From the NCBI RefSeq assembly GCF_009914755.1, contig NC_060925.1: 64,000 nucleotides of DNA; one strand, given 5' to 3'. Shown one piece after another: positions 28,806-45,033 of the stretch. A program made the position numbers and the translations under genes. Below the pieces are notes generated by a model. It did no database searches. It was not told the DNA's origin and saw nothing but the letters and a program-made list of their open reading frames with translations. The first letter of the stretch is position 1. Every line of letters starts with the position of its first letter. This DNA comes from the human T2T-CHM13v2.0 reference genome, Homo sapiens.

Positions 28806-29123
28806 TGCTATAATCTCAATGTTTGTTTCCCCCCAAAATTCATATGTTGAACTCCTAACCCCTAAGTGAGGACATTAGGAGATAGAGCCTAAGTCCTTTC
28901 TGCCCTCGTGAATGAGATTAGTGCCCTTATAAAGGAGAGACCCCAGAGAGACCCCTCCCTGCTTCCACTATGCAGTCATAGCAAAAAGATGGTAGTCTAG
29001 GAGCATGATCCTCACTAGGCACCAAATCTGCTGGTTCCTTGATCTTTAAACTTCCTAGCCTCCAGAACTGTGAGAGATAAATTTCTGTTGTTTATAAACC
29101 ACCCAGGTTATGATATTTTGTTA
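28806..29123 (+). repeat. MaLR LTR (MLT1A-like)
   Basis: TGCTAT...AATGTTTGT..CCCCCAAAATTCATATGTTGAA start and CCTCCAGAACTGTGAGA..TAAATTTCTGTTGTTTATAA near the end. Confidence 0.8.
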
Positions 29124-30569
29124 ATGTCTAGTAATGTAGGAAATTTCACTACTAAAGTTAGTTTTCAAACAAAATTTCTAACTTAAATACCAGTTGCAGA
29201 AAGCCAAGTATGAAACCAATAGAAAATAAGCAATAGATTAGCGAATAGGCTAATTATCATTTAGAGTGTAATTAACGCACCTTATAATTAATAAATAGAG
29301 ACTAATCTCAATAAGACCCTGAAATTCCTACATCATTTGTAGGTGGATCAATTTTATATAATCATCTTTATTAAAAAAGAAAAATGACCAAAGTTTTGAA
29401 TTTAAAAAAGGAAAATGTAAAGATCAGCTTTAATCTTTATAACTATAATAAAACAGAGACTACTTTTTACTAAATTCAAAGGTTAAATAAAGGAATCAAG
29501 AAAGAGAAAAGGTAGATACAAGGTAATCGTTTTTAAAATTCAGAAGATTAAACATACCCAAGAGATAGAATATAAAACTCTATGCAAACCCTCTCCTTTC
29601 ACCAATAACAAATTTACCTTTTACTCAATTCTTTTTCTTATTTCTAAATATACATCATGTGAAAAATCTTTCCTTGCAAGTATTTTAACTCAAAGTTCTA
29701 GGAAGGAAAAGCTGCAAATTTAGCAAATTGCTTCCTTTTTTATTTTTTAAGTAAGCGAGTATCTCAAATATAAAGGCCATTTCATTTGGCTCATGGGGAA
29801 GCCCTTCTGTTTGTTAAGGTACCTATATTTAGTTAGGAGAAGATAATTCTATAACTGCTTTGAAGGGTAACCTTGATTGTTCTGATGCGATATTCAGTTA
29901 CACAATCTTAAGCATCGTTACTGTACTAAAAATGCACACAAGTGTTGGAGGAATGTGACTGAGGAAACTCTTCCCCAGATTCATGGACATTTCATGTGTC
30001 TGTTTACATTTTCCATTTAAACATAAGATTTCTTTTCCTTGAATATACACAAACCTTCTTTTAACGTTAAATTTCATATTTCTTACAGTTTGAGGACTTT
30101 TCACAGCACTTATTTCACTTGATTCTTTTAAAAAATCCTGTGTGGCAAGCAAAACAAAGATAATGATTGCCACGTCACAGATGAAGAAAATGACGCTTAG
30201 AAGGTGAATTGGCTGAACAGAGGGTCGGCTGCAGGTGGGCAGCAGGGCCCTTCCTTTCCCCACAGGCAGGGAACACTTGTGTTTCCTTTGTTTACTTCTT
30301 TAGCTTATGTCTTCCGCGATGAAACGGTAACTTCCTGAACGCTCTGCAGTTCATCGCTACACTCTTCCTCCATATCTAGAACGTGGCCTGGCACATATTA
30401 GATGCTCAATCATCATTTTAAAATAAACGAGTAGTGATCCATTCAAGTAACGTGGATAAACATCAACAACAACAGCTGCTTTCAGGAAAAAAGGACAGAC
30501 TCTGAATTATGAAGAATGTGAGAAACTTAGATCAGTATCATGAAGATTGTGTACTTTTACTTTTTAGGG

Positions 30570-30800
30570 CAGCTTTATTGAGGGACAAATCACCCATTTT
30601 ATTTTTTAGTTTTACTGAGGTATGATTGATATAAAAAATGGCACACATTTAAGGTATACATCTTCATGAGTTAAGACATATGCATGCGACCATGATGCCA
30701 TCGCCATAACCAAAGGTTAAATATATCCATTAAATATATCCATATCTCCAGAAATTGCCTTGTGCTATTTTGTAAATCATCCATTTAAAATTTATAATTC
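30570..30800 (-). repeat. L1M 3'-end fragments
   Basis: CAGCTTTATTGAG / TTTACTGAGGTATGATTGA antisense L1M tail motifs. Confidence 0.55.
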
Positions 30801-30801
30801 A

Positions 30802-31093
30802 GGCTGGGCGCAGTGGCTTACACCTGTAATCTCTCCACTGAGGTCGAGGCAGGAGGGTCACTTGAGCCCAGGAGTTTGAGACCAGCTTGCACAACATGAT
30901 AAGACTGTCTCTACAAAAAATTTAAAAATTAGCCAGGCATGGTGGCGCACAACTGCAGTCTCAGCTATTCAGGAAGCTGAGGTGGGAGGATAGCTTGAGC
31001 CAGGGAGGTCAAGGCTGCAGTGAGCCCTGATCATAACACTGCTGTCCAGCCTGGGTGATAGAGGGAAACCCCCATCTCAAAAAAAAAAAAAAA
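30802..31093 (+). repeat. AluJ
   Basis: GAGCCCAGGAG and GAGGTCAAGGCTGCAGTGAGC J-type diagnostics, A-tail. Confidence 0.88.
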
Positions 31094-32253
31094 GTGCTAA
31101 TTTCTACTAGACTTCTCGTTAGTTACTGTATCAGAAGACATGTAAAAATTATAGGGCAGATCATGAGTGTTGAAACTTTGAATAATTGTATTTCCCCAAG
31201 TGTTTATTTTTGCAATCTCTTGTTATAATTTGCACCACTTCCTTCCCCCAGATTATGTTTGTGCTTGTTTGTACTGGAGAGCATGGAAGAGCGTCACAGG
31301 AGAAATTGTGCCTCCTTCGCCATCCAGGGTGAGTTGGGGGTGGGGAAAGGGGTGTAGGAGTGGAGCTATGTAGTGGTGGCAGCTAGCATAAGGAGAAGGA
31401 AGTTCTGGCTGAGGTTCTGTGACTTGGTGCAAGAAAGAAAGCGAATATGGAAGATCTGTCTGACTCTGAGAAGTGGCACCTGGACCCAGCAGATGGAAAG
31501 CTCCTGGGAAGTTCTCCAGTACTAAGGGACAAATCTTGGCAATTCCATTAGCTATCTTTGTGACCTTGAAAGTGTAACTTAAGCCTCTTTGTGCCTCAGC
31601 TTCTGTAAAATAGGTATAATAATAGAGATGTGAAAATAAAATAAGTCAGTATATGTGAGGCATAAGTAAGCATTACATAAATGTTATATATTATGATTCT
31701 GTATCTATCTATCTACATGTAACTTGCAATGTCTGGGAGACATAACAGAAATATGGCTAGAGGATAGTTGGAAATATATTCGAGAAAGCATTCAAGTCTA
31801 GACATATAAATCTGGGAGAAAATCACAAATATAATACCTGCATTTGATAGGTAGGAAGTAAAGAAAAAACAAAGCCAGTAAAGAGGATTTGAGTGTGTAA
31901 TGGGTTAAAAGTGCAAAAAACAGGGTAACATACATTAGAAACCAAGAAAAAAATAAGTTTTAAGAAGGATAAGGTGCTCAACATTTAGTTCCACCCTAAG
32001 TCTTGATATTCCTTAGACAATTTCTGTTTCACCTACAGTCCCAGCATAAAAATATCTAATTTTGATGTTAAATTATGTAGTTACACTATCAAAATTATAC
32101 AAGGTGGCCAAGAGTTCTGAGAATATGGGAAGTGAGACAAGGTCATGGACTATTTTGAGAAAATAGGGTTAACAAGAGTCCTATTACAGAGAGAATGGTG
32201 GTCAGAAAGTAAATATATTGATTTTGAGAAGTTTCAAGACAAGGGGAAAGAGA

Positions 32254-32736
<483 letters not shown>

Positions 32737-32864
32737 GAAGGATAAAGAAACCATGGTAACTCTAAAAACTGCACGTATTAAGGGAAGATGTATAAAGATT
32801 TAAACTATGAAAATGTTATTATGTCTGAAAAATCCCAAAGATGAATTTTTTCTTTTGTTGATAA

Positions 32865-33120
32865 GGGATGTTGTATAGGAATCAAGAGCTTGGTAGACAG
32901 AAGTCTTAGAGGCGGAGCTGCCTAGATTCAAATTCTGACTCTACCACTTCCTAGCTGTGGCAAGTGACTAAACCTCCTACCTAAGGCAAGTGGCTAAACC
33001 TCCGTGTCTTAGTTTTACAGTTTTACAATAACTAATGATTTTTAACACACTTAGAACAATGTAAGTATATAGAACTTGAATTTGTAACATGGCAAGTGAT
33101 AAGTATATGTTAAGTAAATA
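32865..33120 (+). repeat. MIR with a short internal duplication
   Basis: GATTCAAATTCTGACTCTACCACTTCCTAGCTGTG core; GGCAAGTG(A/G)CTAAACCTCC occurs twice. Confidence 0.6.
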
Positions 33121-35169
33121 AAAATTTTAAATTGTTACTGGTAAAAAAAATGTTGCTTTTTTTCTGAAACACTAATACTGCTTTTGAAAGCCTAAAATAA
33201 TAAACCTTCAAGCAAAATGTCTTTGAAACAGAAATTGAGAAGCAGGGAATATTCCTTTCTACTTTCTACCTTTCTAATGGTTGAATATGTTTACCGAGAG
33301 AATGTATAATGTTTTGTAAAGACAAAAAAAGCACAAATATTTCTATGTTCTGCAAACTATAATAGCAGGGTGTGTTCACGATCAAAAGTTTCTCTAGAAA
33401 ACACTGTAGCAGAAAGCTAAAGAATAGTCAATAATTCATACAGCTGCATTAAGGGGTCAACTGTAAATTACTAAAGTGGTCTCATAGCAATGAAGACAAA
33501 TGAGAATAATAGCAAGTGGCTAAGAACAATCTATGTCATTTTAATAATTTAAATCATACAAATAATATAAAAAACATTTAATGCCAAAAATTTTAATTCC
33601 TGACCCTTGTCTAATGGAATTTGATAATGTAATTAGAAAAAAGCTAATACAGTTGATGTGAAGTTAGACATACCTGGCTTCTGTTGAGTCCTCCCAACTT
33701 GTATTATCACTGCATAGCTCAAGTGCCAGGAAAGCAGCTAGAGACAGGAGTCATTCTACCTGTCTTTGATAGCGGCACTTTTGCCAATCTACAAAATGCT
33801 AAATAATAAAGACAAAACAAGAGAAGTGATTAAGAGTAAGAAGCAGAAAGGAATAGAAAGTCTTGAAAGGTTTTTGAAATAACTCTGATCCTCAGAACAT
33901 ACATCCATCATATTTTCAAGTTTTTTGACTGTATCTTTAAAAACCTCCCAGAGGAAAGGATGCTTTCCTGAATGATCTTATATACTTCATTAGACCAATA
34001 AGAAGTATAGATTTCCCTTTTTTGCCTTGGCTTCTAGGAGGCTTAAAACTGAATTTAGTGACCAATTGCTGTATGGTCCTCAAAGTTTTGAATGATATTC
34101 ATACTTTAAAATATCTAAATCAAATGATTATTTTATCTCTGCTTTTTATTTTTAATACAAAGGCACCTCATTAAAAAAGTCAGGGTACAATTTTTTTTAA
34201 AAAAAGAAAGATTTCTAAGGTGCTAGATTCCAAATCTCTCTAGACCTCTCACCAGACATACAAACCTCTCCGTCCTCACACAAACTTATTACCACCACTG
34301 CCCCCCGACCAAAATCTTGAGTTACCTTGTGTTTTTCAGTCAACTAGAGGGACTCTTATCTAGAAATAGGATTTTTTAATGTTCTATGAATTAGTAAGAT
34401 TTTTTTTTGCTTCTTTTTTAAGACAGTAAAGTGCTAATGGAGAGTAAAAAGAAATAGCTGAAAGACAGCATCAGTATATAAAAATCTATAATATGGATTA
34501 TAAAATCAATTTTTCAATACGACTTGAGAAAACTCTTCTTAAGGGAGGTTAAGAACTGTTGTGATAAACACAAATCATTGTTTTTTCTCTTTTCACTTGC
34601 AAAGTATATTTCATTCTTTGGGTAGCATTTCATTTAAAATATGAATATGGCATAATAATAAAGACTGAGCCCAGCCCCTATGGGAACTGGTCAGTTGGTA
34701 TGGTTTTATTACAGTAAATTATTCTTAAAACCCAGAGAAACTTGGGATTATAAATATAATAAATATTATATATAATATAAATATAATTAATATGCAATTA
34801 AAAACAGAATCAAAGTGACATTGTAGAATCATAATAAGATAATATTCTAAACTTTCGCTAAGAATCAGAAATACATATACCTGGAACTTACCTTGGAGAT
34901 GCTGATTCATTAAGCCTCAGATGGTGTGATTCTGGCATGCAGCTAGGCTCAGAACTTGAAAGCAGACCACAACAATTCTGGAGAGCCTGAGGAAATGATC
35001 AGACATGAAGAAAACAAGTGTGCATAAAAGATGTTCATCATTGCATTGTTTAAAATAGAAAATTCATGTACTGCTAAGTAAACCATTTCATATATAAATG
35101 GACTAGCATCTGGCTATTCAGAATTAGGAACACAGAGAATTTAAGAACATAGGAACTTACCATCATTAT

Positions 35170-35310
35170 AGCAGTCAACTGGAATGTAGCTCCATAGAGG
35201 CAGGGACTTTTGTCTCTTTGGTTCACTGCTCTATCCTCAGATACCTAAATAATGTGTGACATACAATATGTGGTTATTTAAATACTTGTTGGATAAAAGA
35301 ATGAATAAAT
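35170..35310 (+). repeat. L2 3' end
   Basis: GCTCCATAGAGGCAGGGACTTTGTCT...GTTCACTGCTCTATCC...AAATACTTGTTGGAT..GAATGAAT. Confidence 0.65.
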
Positions 35311-37856
35311 AACTTTAAAAATAAGATAAAACATCACACATCACTAAAAGGTTAACTAAAGACAAAAATCATTACAAAGTTGAAGAAAATATGTTTTTCA
35401 TTCTGAAAAAAATAAATAAAAGTCAAGTAAAAAAATTTCAAGTGTGAATCCATGCTCAAGGCATCTGTTAAGCTACTATGTGGTAAAGCACATAATTTAA
35501 GTTTTGATTACGGAAATTGCGGACTGATGAAAACATTTACTCACCTATTCTTCTAGATCAAAAGCCTTAGAGTAGAGTCAGTCAGGCAAGGGTAGAAAGG
35601 TTGGATTTTAGCAGGAAAATGCCAGAGATGAGATCCAAAGAAACTCACAGAGAGACTGGACATGTCTCTGAAAAGCCTGCGATTACAACCTGCTTGTCTC
35701 CTCCCCATAAATGCTTCCTAAGATGTAACCTGAGCCTTGACACTTAGCTGTGCTTCTGGTGAATGTGGAGGGCACTCTGGCTCTCAGTGCTTCTTCCACA
35801 GCAAAGGAGGCCTATTGGGCACATAAGGTGTGCATAAATGCTTGATGATTGACTGGTTGATTGGAAAGAGGAAGATATGAGTCTGGAGGACAGACTGTCA
35901 GTTCCAGATGGTCCCCTGAGGATGAGCAGGAAGCAATCCAGAAATCTCTGCCCCATAAAAATCACAGGCTGTCAATTGCATGCATCAAGCAGTGTTAAGA
36001 AGAGGCAAAGTGGAAGCAAAAAAGAACTAAGAAGTGATTCTTCTTGAATGTGTGGCTTAGCAGTATCTCCATTCCCCTTTTCCAATTTGCAGGGCATTCC
36101 CAAGCACTTTAGTCCATGTGCAGCCCCTTGAGTGTCTACACAGCTCTTCATGTTTTAGATGTGCTTGAAGTGAAAACAAATCGGTTTCATGATCCTATTT
36201 CTGTTTTTCCCCCAAGCACTGTCCTTTCAATAATTTTTCCTCTTTTTTTAAAAAAAAAAAAAAAGTTTATTTGCTGCCAAAGAGAAAGTGTGGGTCTTTG
36301 TTATTAATGTTGTAGAAATACAAATATGTCCACCTCAGAAAGGAGTCTTCATTAACTCCCACAGCCCAGAAAATTAAGGCACGCCTCATCAGGATCCAAG
36401 CTTGCTGTCGACAAAATTGCAAGGGACTAGTTGAGTTGCTGGGGTTCATAATGCTGATAGAGCGGTTTCCACGTGAATGAAGGATAAACAGCGATTAATT
36501 TCAGCCAATAAATAATGGTTTGAGGCCCACATTGAAAGAGGAACAATTACTTTTCCATTTTTCCTGCCAAATGAGCTGATAAGAGAAAACAGGGGAGTTG
36601 GCCACGTAAATCAGTCTTAATTTTATCTTCCCCATTAAAAAGCAGCCATTAAGACCATCTTCGGCTCATTTCATCCTCCTCTTGTTTCACTTTTTCAATT
36701 TGCACAAAAGGGGGGAGTTTGCTCGTCATAAAATTTCACTTTGGCCAACCTATCATTTGCATCTGGGCCAATAAATAGCAATTAGCATAAACATTTAAAT
36801 CAGGAACTGGAACAAATTCTTGTTCCCCCAGCAAGCTGTTAAATTACAGTATTTTACTATATATAAGAAGCCCTAAACAAAAGATCTGTTGGGCATTGTT
36901 ATCCTCTTCCAAATAGGACATGGTTGAAAGAGAAATAATAACTCCAAACCCACAAACTTCTCACTCAGATCAAGAATATCTGTCTTACGTGGTCTTGGCC
37001 TGGAGAATCAATGTTTCTTGCCCACTGCTTAAGTTTTCATCCAAACAGATAAGTTTTAGCTCAGTTTTGTGAAGTATGAAAACTGCAGTAAAGACTTCCT
37101 TGCCTGAATAAATGTTTCGCACTATAATTAAAAGGTGTCTCAACAGGAACTGTTCTAAGCTCAAATCAAAGTCCATGCATGAGGTACAATGAAATACATA
37201 TAATGGGGAGATGAGAACTGGCATCTGGAGGTCAGAGGAAAAAAGATGATTCTGTGATCGAAATCCCAGTGCCAAATGATCCAGACCCATAGCTCATTCT
37301 TCCCAGTGCTTGTTTCCCACAGTGGCCTCTAGGGATGGTTTGTTATAAAAGATTGGTTGTCTCATATAACATTGTTCTCAAAGGCGAAATGCAACCCCAA
37401 ACTTCTCTTTATCTAAACATAGTTATGTTTTTGGCCCGTGTTCTCTTTTGACATGTCAGAGGGCGATGATGAAGCTTTACAGAGAGATATTAAGAGAAAA
37501 TAAAAAAAAACTACAGAGACACACTGTAGGTGGCTGTCCCCAAACCAAGTATTAAACCTTCTTTTCCCTTTAAGCAAAGCCCTTTTACTGTCAACTGAAA
37601 CTTAGTTCATTATTTATCTATGGCTCATTGAAAGTCAAGGTGAGTGCTTCTCTTGATGAGACCCTAGTTAATTTTGGCTGGGAACCCAAAGTGGAACAGA
37701 GTGGTTTTGATGTTTTCTATGAAACCTTACATTGGGAATGTTTAGGTTTACCAGTGAAATTCTATTAATGGCTTCCAGTCTGCATATATGTGAAATATAT
37801 ATTTGCAATTACTCAGAAAGGAGACATTGAAAATTTGAATATATTGTTCTCTCTCT

Positions 37857-38233
<377 letters not shown>

Positions 38234-38863
38234 TGACTTCTAAGGAATTAGAACATTGTCAATCTGGTGTCAACTAAAAACAGAAGAGCAATGCTTTCAC
38301 CATCTCAGATACTGGCAAAATGTGAAATTGACATTGTTCCTACTTCCTATAATACCTAAAAAATAGCTCAACTCTCAGCTTTGAGTCTATAATTTATGAA
38401 TTTAGTTATGTGAATGTGTAGGTGCCCTCTTTATTCTTTCCTCCAAACCCCTCTGCCTGCCCTTGCTAAGCTATTTACTGCCCCTTATCCCATCATACCT
38501 ACATTTGGGCTTGGAGAAAAAAAAAATAAAGGAGAGAGAAAGGAGGGAAGAGACACAAAGTAGATACATTTAAACTTACATTCTGCCCCAGTGGTCAAGA
38601 GAATGAACGGCACAGAAGACACCAGGAATCCAAAAGCTTCTTTCTTTCTGCCTCAACTACCACCTTCCCAAAGTAGATGACAAAGTGGATTTATATAATC
38701 CACTAATGTTTATTGAGTTCCTGCTGCATAGGAGGTCTGTGCACTGAATAGGAGGCCTGTGGCCTTCTCACCTCAAATGTTGGGTTAGGAAATTTAACAT
38801 AATCAGTTAGAAATATTTGCCAATAAGTCCCAAAGTGCCAATAATTACATAGGTTTGCAAAAG

Positions 38864-38866
<3 letters not shown>

Positions 38867-38916
<50 letters not shown>
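38867..38916. repeat. (AT)25 microsatellite
   Basis: Uninterrupted AT dinucleotide run. Confidence 0.95.
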
Positions 38917-38922
<6 letters not shown>

Positions 38923-39074
38923 AACATTTTGTTTTCACTTTACATGTTGTCTAATGTATTAGAGTATGAAATCAAGATAGCTGGATTATTGTTCATAATC
39001 ACAGCAAATATTTGAGCTACCCTGTCCTATAACACTAGTGACAAAAAGCATTTTGACATGCATTCAATATTTTG

Positions 39075-39807
<733 letters not shown>

Positions 39808-40139
39808 TCATTGGTACAGCCAGACATTAGTTCTACAGAATTCTCATAACTACAGAGCTGCTTTTTCTCCTGCTGCTCAGAGAATAACAAAAATTAAAGC
39901 TGAGCAAATTAAATAGTGAATTAGGACAGAATGAGACAGAAGATGCACCCATTAGGATCAATGAGAAGCAGACAGTAACTTTTCTAAGGAAAATACATTA
40001 AATGAGCAGCTGAGGAGTTCAATACTAAGACACTTAGTTCCACAGACTAGCTGCCTGGGAAGTGGGGAAAGTTGGGGGATGACTTTCAGACATAATTACA
40101 AAGGCAAATGCCAAGAAAAGCTGAAATGCTGAAAGTAGG

Positions 40140-40662
<523 letters not shown>

Positions 40663-40689
40663 CTATTAACATAGTTATGTATTTGGCTT

Positions 40690-40838
40690 CTTTTTCTTTT
40701 CTTTTTTCTTTTTTTAGCTGGGGCCTCACTGTGCTGCCCAGCCTAGTCTCAAGCTTCTGGGCTCAAAGGATCAAGATATCCTCTCACTGTATCCTCCTAA
40801 GTAGCTGGGCTGATAACCACCAGCCATCACACCCAGCT
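40690..40838 (-). repeat. FLAM/Alu monomer
   Basis: T-rich tail followed by CTCACTGTGCTGCCCAGCCTAGTCTCAAGCTTCTGGGCTCAA. Confidence 0.7.
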
Positions 40839-41304
40839 CATATTTGGAGTCTTATTTCTTTTATTTATATATTTACACATTTTTATTTGTACTCACACAT
40901 ACATATTAGAATTAGTATCACACACCCAAGGCTATTCTGTTTCATTAATCTGTCAGTATTTAGTGCCAAGACAGCTTTTGTTTTTAAAACCCTTATTGGG
41001 TTTTATTTTGGAAACTATGAAAAATGTGTACTATTTTGGGGATTATTAAAAAACTCTTTGTAGACTATTTGGAAAATAAGGAAAAGTATTTTAAAAAATC
41101 TCTGCTACCACCTAGATAATATATTAACATTCCTATGAATGTGTGTATGCCAATTATGTAAATTATAGCCAAATTGAAAGCATACTTTTTATTCAGATTT
41201 GTTTTGTGATTTTTTTCTCCTACCATTTACTTGTTATTAAAAACTCCATTGGTTTTACAACTCGGTGAGAGCTAAATCTAAATCTATGTACAATGGGTAC
41301 GCTG

Positions 41305-41452
41305 GCTACAGGTGTGCCCGGATGTTGACTCCCTCAGCTAACAGAGCTACTCAGTGGGGCCTGCGGCTGCTGGCAGGCTCATCCATTTATGCCAGTGTGT
41401 TGTAGAAACAGAATTTTCTCTGCCATAACATGAAAAAGCTTCAGAAACATTC
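41305..41452 (-). mobile_element. hAT-Charlie MITE fragment (MER102-like)
   Basis: TACAGGTGTGCC..GATGTTGACTCCCTCAGC...TGCCATAACATGAAAAAG resembles the MER102 consensus as I recall it. Confidence 0.5.
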
Positions 41453-41529
41453 TAGTCTAGTATCATCTCTCTCAGTAAACATTTCTGGATATTTGCATTA
41501 AATTTGTTAACGATACTTATAATTACTGG

Positions 41530-41812
41530 GGTTTTTTTGTTTTGTTTTCATTTTTTTGTTTTTAAAAAGAGTCTTGCTCTGTCGCCCAGGCTGGAGTGCA
41601 GTGATGTCACCATAGCTCACTGCAGACTAAACCTCCTAGGCTCAAGCACTCCTTCCACCTCAGCCTCCCAAGTAGCTGGGACTACAGAAGTGTGCCACTG
41701 CACCCTGGAGATTTTGAAATTTTTTTTTTGTAGAGACAGGATCTCACTATGCTGTCCAGGCTGGTCTCGAACTCCTGGGCTCAAGTGATCCTCCCATGAC
41801 CTGCACCAGGCC
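41530..41812 (-). repeat. AluJ (head partly deleted)
   Basis: Antisense J-type Alu. Confidence 0.85.
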
Positions 41813-42532
41813 TCTACTTATTGTTTATTGTAATAATGCATTAGCTCTGTTTAATCACCATTCATTTATGTTATACCATTCTGATGCTTTAATTCATTTT
41901 TCATTTTGCTTGAGTTTATCTTTATGGTATTTCTTCTTAGACAAGGTATAAAAGTGGCATATTTTTGAGCCCTTCTTAAGCTGAGAGCCTTTTTGGCTTA
42001 GCACATGAGTGATAAGTTGGCTTGCTATTTAATTCGTAAGTGGCAATCTGTTTCCCTATCATCTTTTGTCATTGAATGTGGTAGAAGAGAAGTCTGAAGC
42101 CAGTTTCTTTATGGAAACCTAGCTTTTCTATTTGGATGCTTACAGTTATTATTGCAATTATTCTTAAAATTCAAAATTTTTCCTAGTATATGGGTATACT
42201 AGGAAATATGATAGTTTGATTAAAAGAAATCAAAATTACCTAGATTTTAAACATCCCTTCCAATTTTAGATTGGTATTTATTGAGCTTGGAATTGTTTTC
42301 TATTATAACTGTGATTAGTTCTATCTTTCTGATCTATCCCTCTGGAATATAATTAGTTAATTTGTTAATTATACAATTGTTTGTTGAGTACCTATTATGT
42401 ATCATCATACCCTGTGTTAGGGCAGGGTGGACATAGTGGTGGACAAGAAAGAGTTGTTGCTTCCTTCATTGATTTCAGAAGCTTAATAAGCAAAGTTATT
42501 CCTAACAATTGAGGCACAGTATAGGATCCTAA

Positions 42533-42982
<450 letters not shown>

Positions 42983-43029
42983 TCTCAACACTCTTTAAAG
43001 TTTCTGAAGTTTCATTTCTACTCTTAAGT

Positions 43030-44725
43030 AGTTTTTAGTATACTTTAGGGTTGCACAACCATCACCACAATTTATCTAATCTTGGATACTTGGAACCCTT
43101 TTATCACCCCCCAAAAGAAACCCCGTACCTATTAGCGGCCGCTCCCCACCCTCAAACCACCCCCAGCCTTTGGAAAGCACTCATCCACTTTCTGTCTCTA
43201 TTGATCTGCCAATTATGGACATTTTATATAAATGAAATCATACAGTAAGTGGCCTTTTGAACCTAGTTTCTTTCACTTAGTACATGTTCAAGATTCGTCC
43301 ATATTATAACACAAATCAGTATTTTACTTACTTTTATGGGCAAATAACATTTCATTATAAGGATATACCACAATTTGCTTCTCCATTCATCAGCTGAGGA
43401 ACATTTGGGTTGTTTCCACTTCGTAGCCATCTTGAATAATGTCGTTATCAACAATTTGTGTACAACTTTTTTCATAAACATATGTTTTCACTTTTCTTGG
43501 ATATTTGCCTAGGAGTGAAATTACTGGGTCATATGAGAAGCCTATGTTTAAGTTTTTAAGAAACTACCAGACTGTTTTTCATGGCATCTTCACTATTTTA
43601 CATTCCCACTAGCAATGTATGTGGTTTCCAATTTTTTCACATCCTCACTAACACTTCTTATTTTCCTTTTTTTAAAAAAAGATTTTAGCCATCCTTGTGG
43701 GTATGAAGTGGTATCTCATTGTGACATTAATATACATTTCCCTAATGACTAACAATGTTAAGCACCTTTTCATGTGCTTGTTGGCCATTTGTGTATCTTC
43801 TTTGGAGAAATATCTGTTTAAATCTGTTGTCCATTTTTCAGTTGCCTGTTTGTCTTTTTGTTGTTGAGTTGTAAGAAATCTTTATATATTCTGAATACCA
43901 GAACTTTATTAGGTATATGATTTACACATATTTTTTCCCATTCTGTGGGTTGTTGTTTCACTTTCTTGGTATTGTCTTTTGATGCATAATCATTTTCAAT
44001 TTTGAGGAAGTCCAATATATATACTTTTTCTTTGGTTGCTTGTGCTTTTGGTGTCATATCTAAGAAACCATTGTCTATTCCAAGGTCATGAAGATTTATA
44101 CTCATGTTTTCTTCGGAGTTTTATACCTTTAGCTTACATTTAAGTTTTTGATGCATTTAGAGTTAATTTTTACACATGATAGAAAGTAGGGATTCAAGTT
44201 TATTCTTTTGCAAATGAATATCCAGTTGTCCCAGCATCATTTGGTGAAGACTATGCTTTTTCCATTGAGTGATCGTGGCATCCTTGTTGAAAACCAGATA
44301 ACCATAGATCTATGGGTTAATTTCTGGACTTTTGCTTTTATTCCATTGATCTACGTGTCTATTCTTTTGCAAATATCACGCTGTCTTTATCACTGTAGCT
44401 TTACATAAGTTTAAAATCAGGAAGTGAGAATCCTCCAACTTTGTTCTTCCATTTCAAGATCATTTTGGCTACTCTGGGACTCCTGCAAATTTTAAAATTT
44501 TGACAGGTATTGCATTGAATCTGTAAATCAATTTGGGGAGTATTGTTTGCAATAGTAACAATTTTAAGTCTTTCAATCAGAAACATAGAATATTAGTCCA
44601 CTTATTCGGATCTTTAATTTCTTTCAACAATGTCTTATAGTTTTCAGTTTACTACTCTTACATTTCTTTGTTAAGTTTATAATTTATTTCTAATTACTCT
44701 ATTGTGTTTGATTCTATTGTATATA
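43030..44725 (-). repeat. Old L1 (L1MB-type) 3' portion
   Basis: Minus-strand ORF2-like peptides (FLDMTPKAQATKEK, QPTEWEKI, WKQPKCSS) and an L1M 3' UTR. Confidence 0.85.
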
Positions 44726-44734
44726 GTCCCCAAC

Positions 44735-45033
<299 letters not shown>

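Noticed and set aside
36392-36431. Polylinker-like run GGATCC-AAGCTT-gct-GTCGAC...ACTAGT (BamHI, HindIII, SalI, SpeI)
   Set aside because: There is no vector sequence around it and the flanks read as continuous genomic DNA, so it is most likely chance. Alignment to a primate ortholog would settle it.
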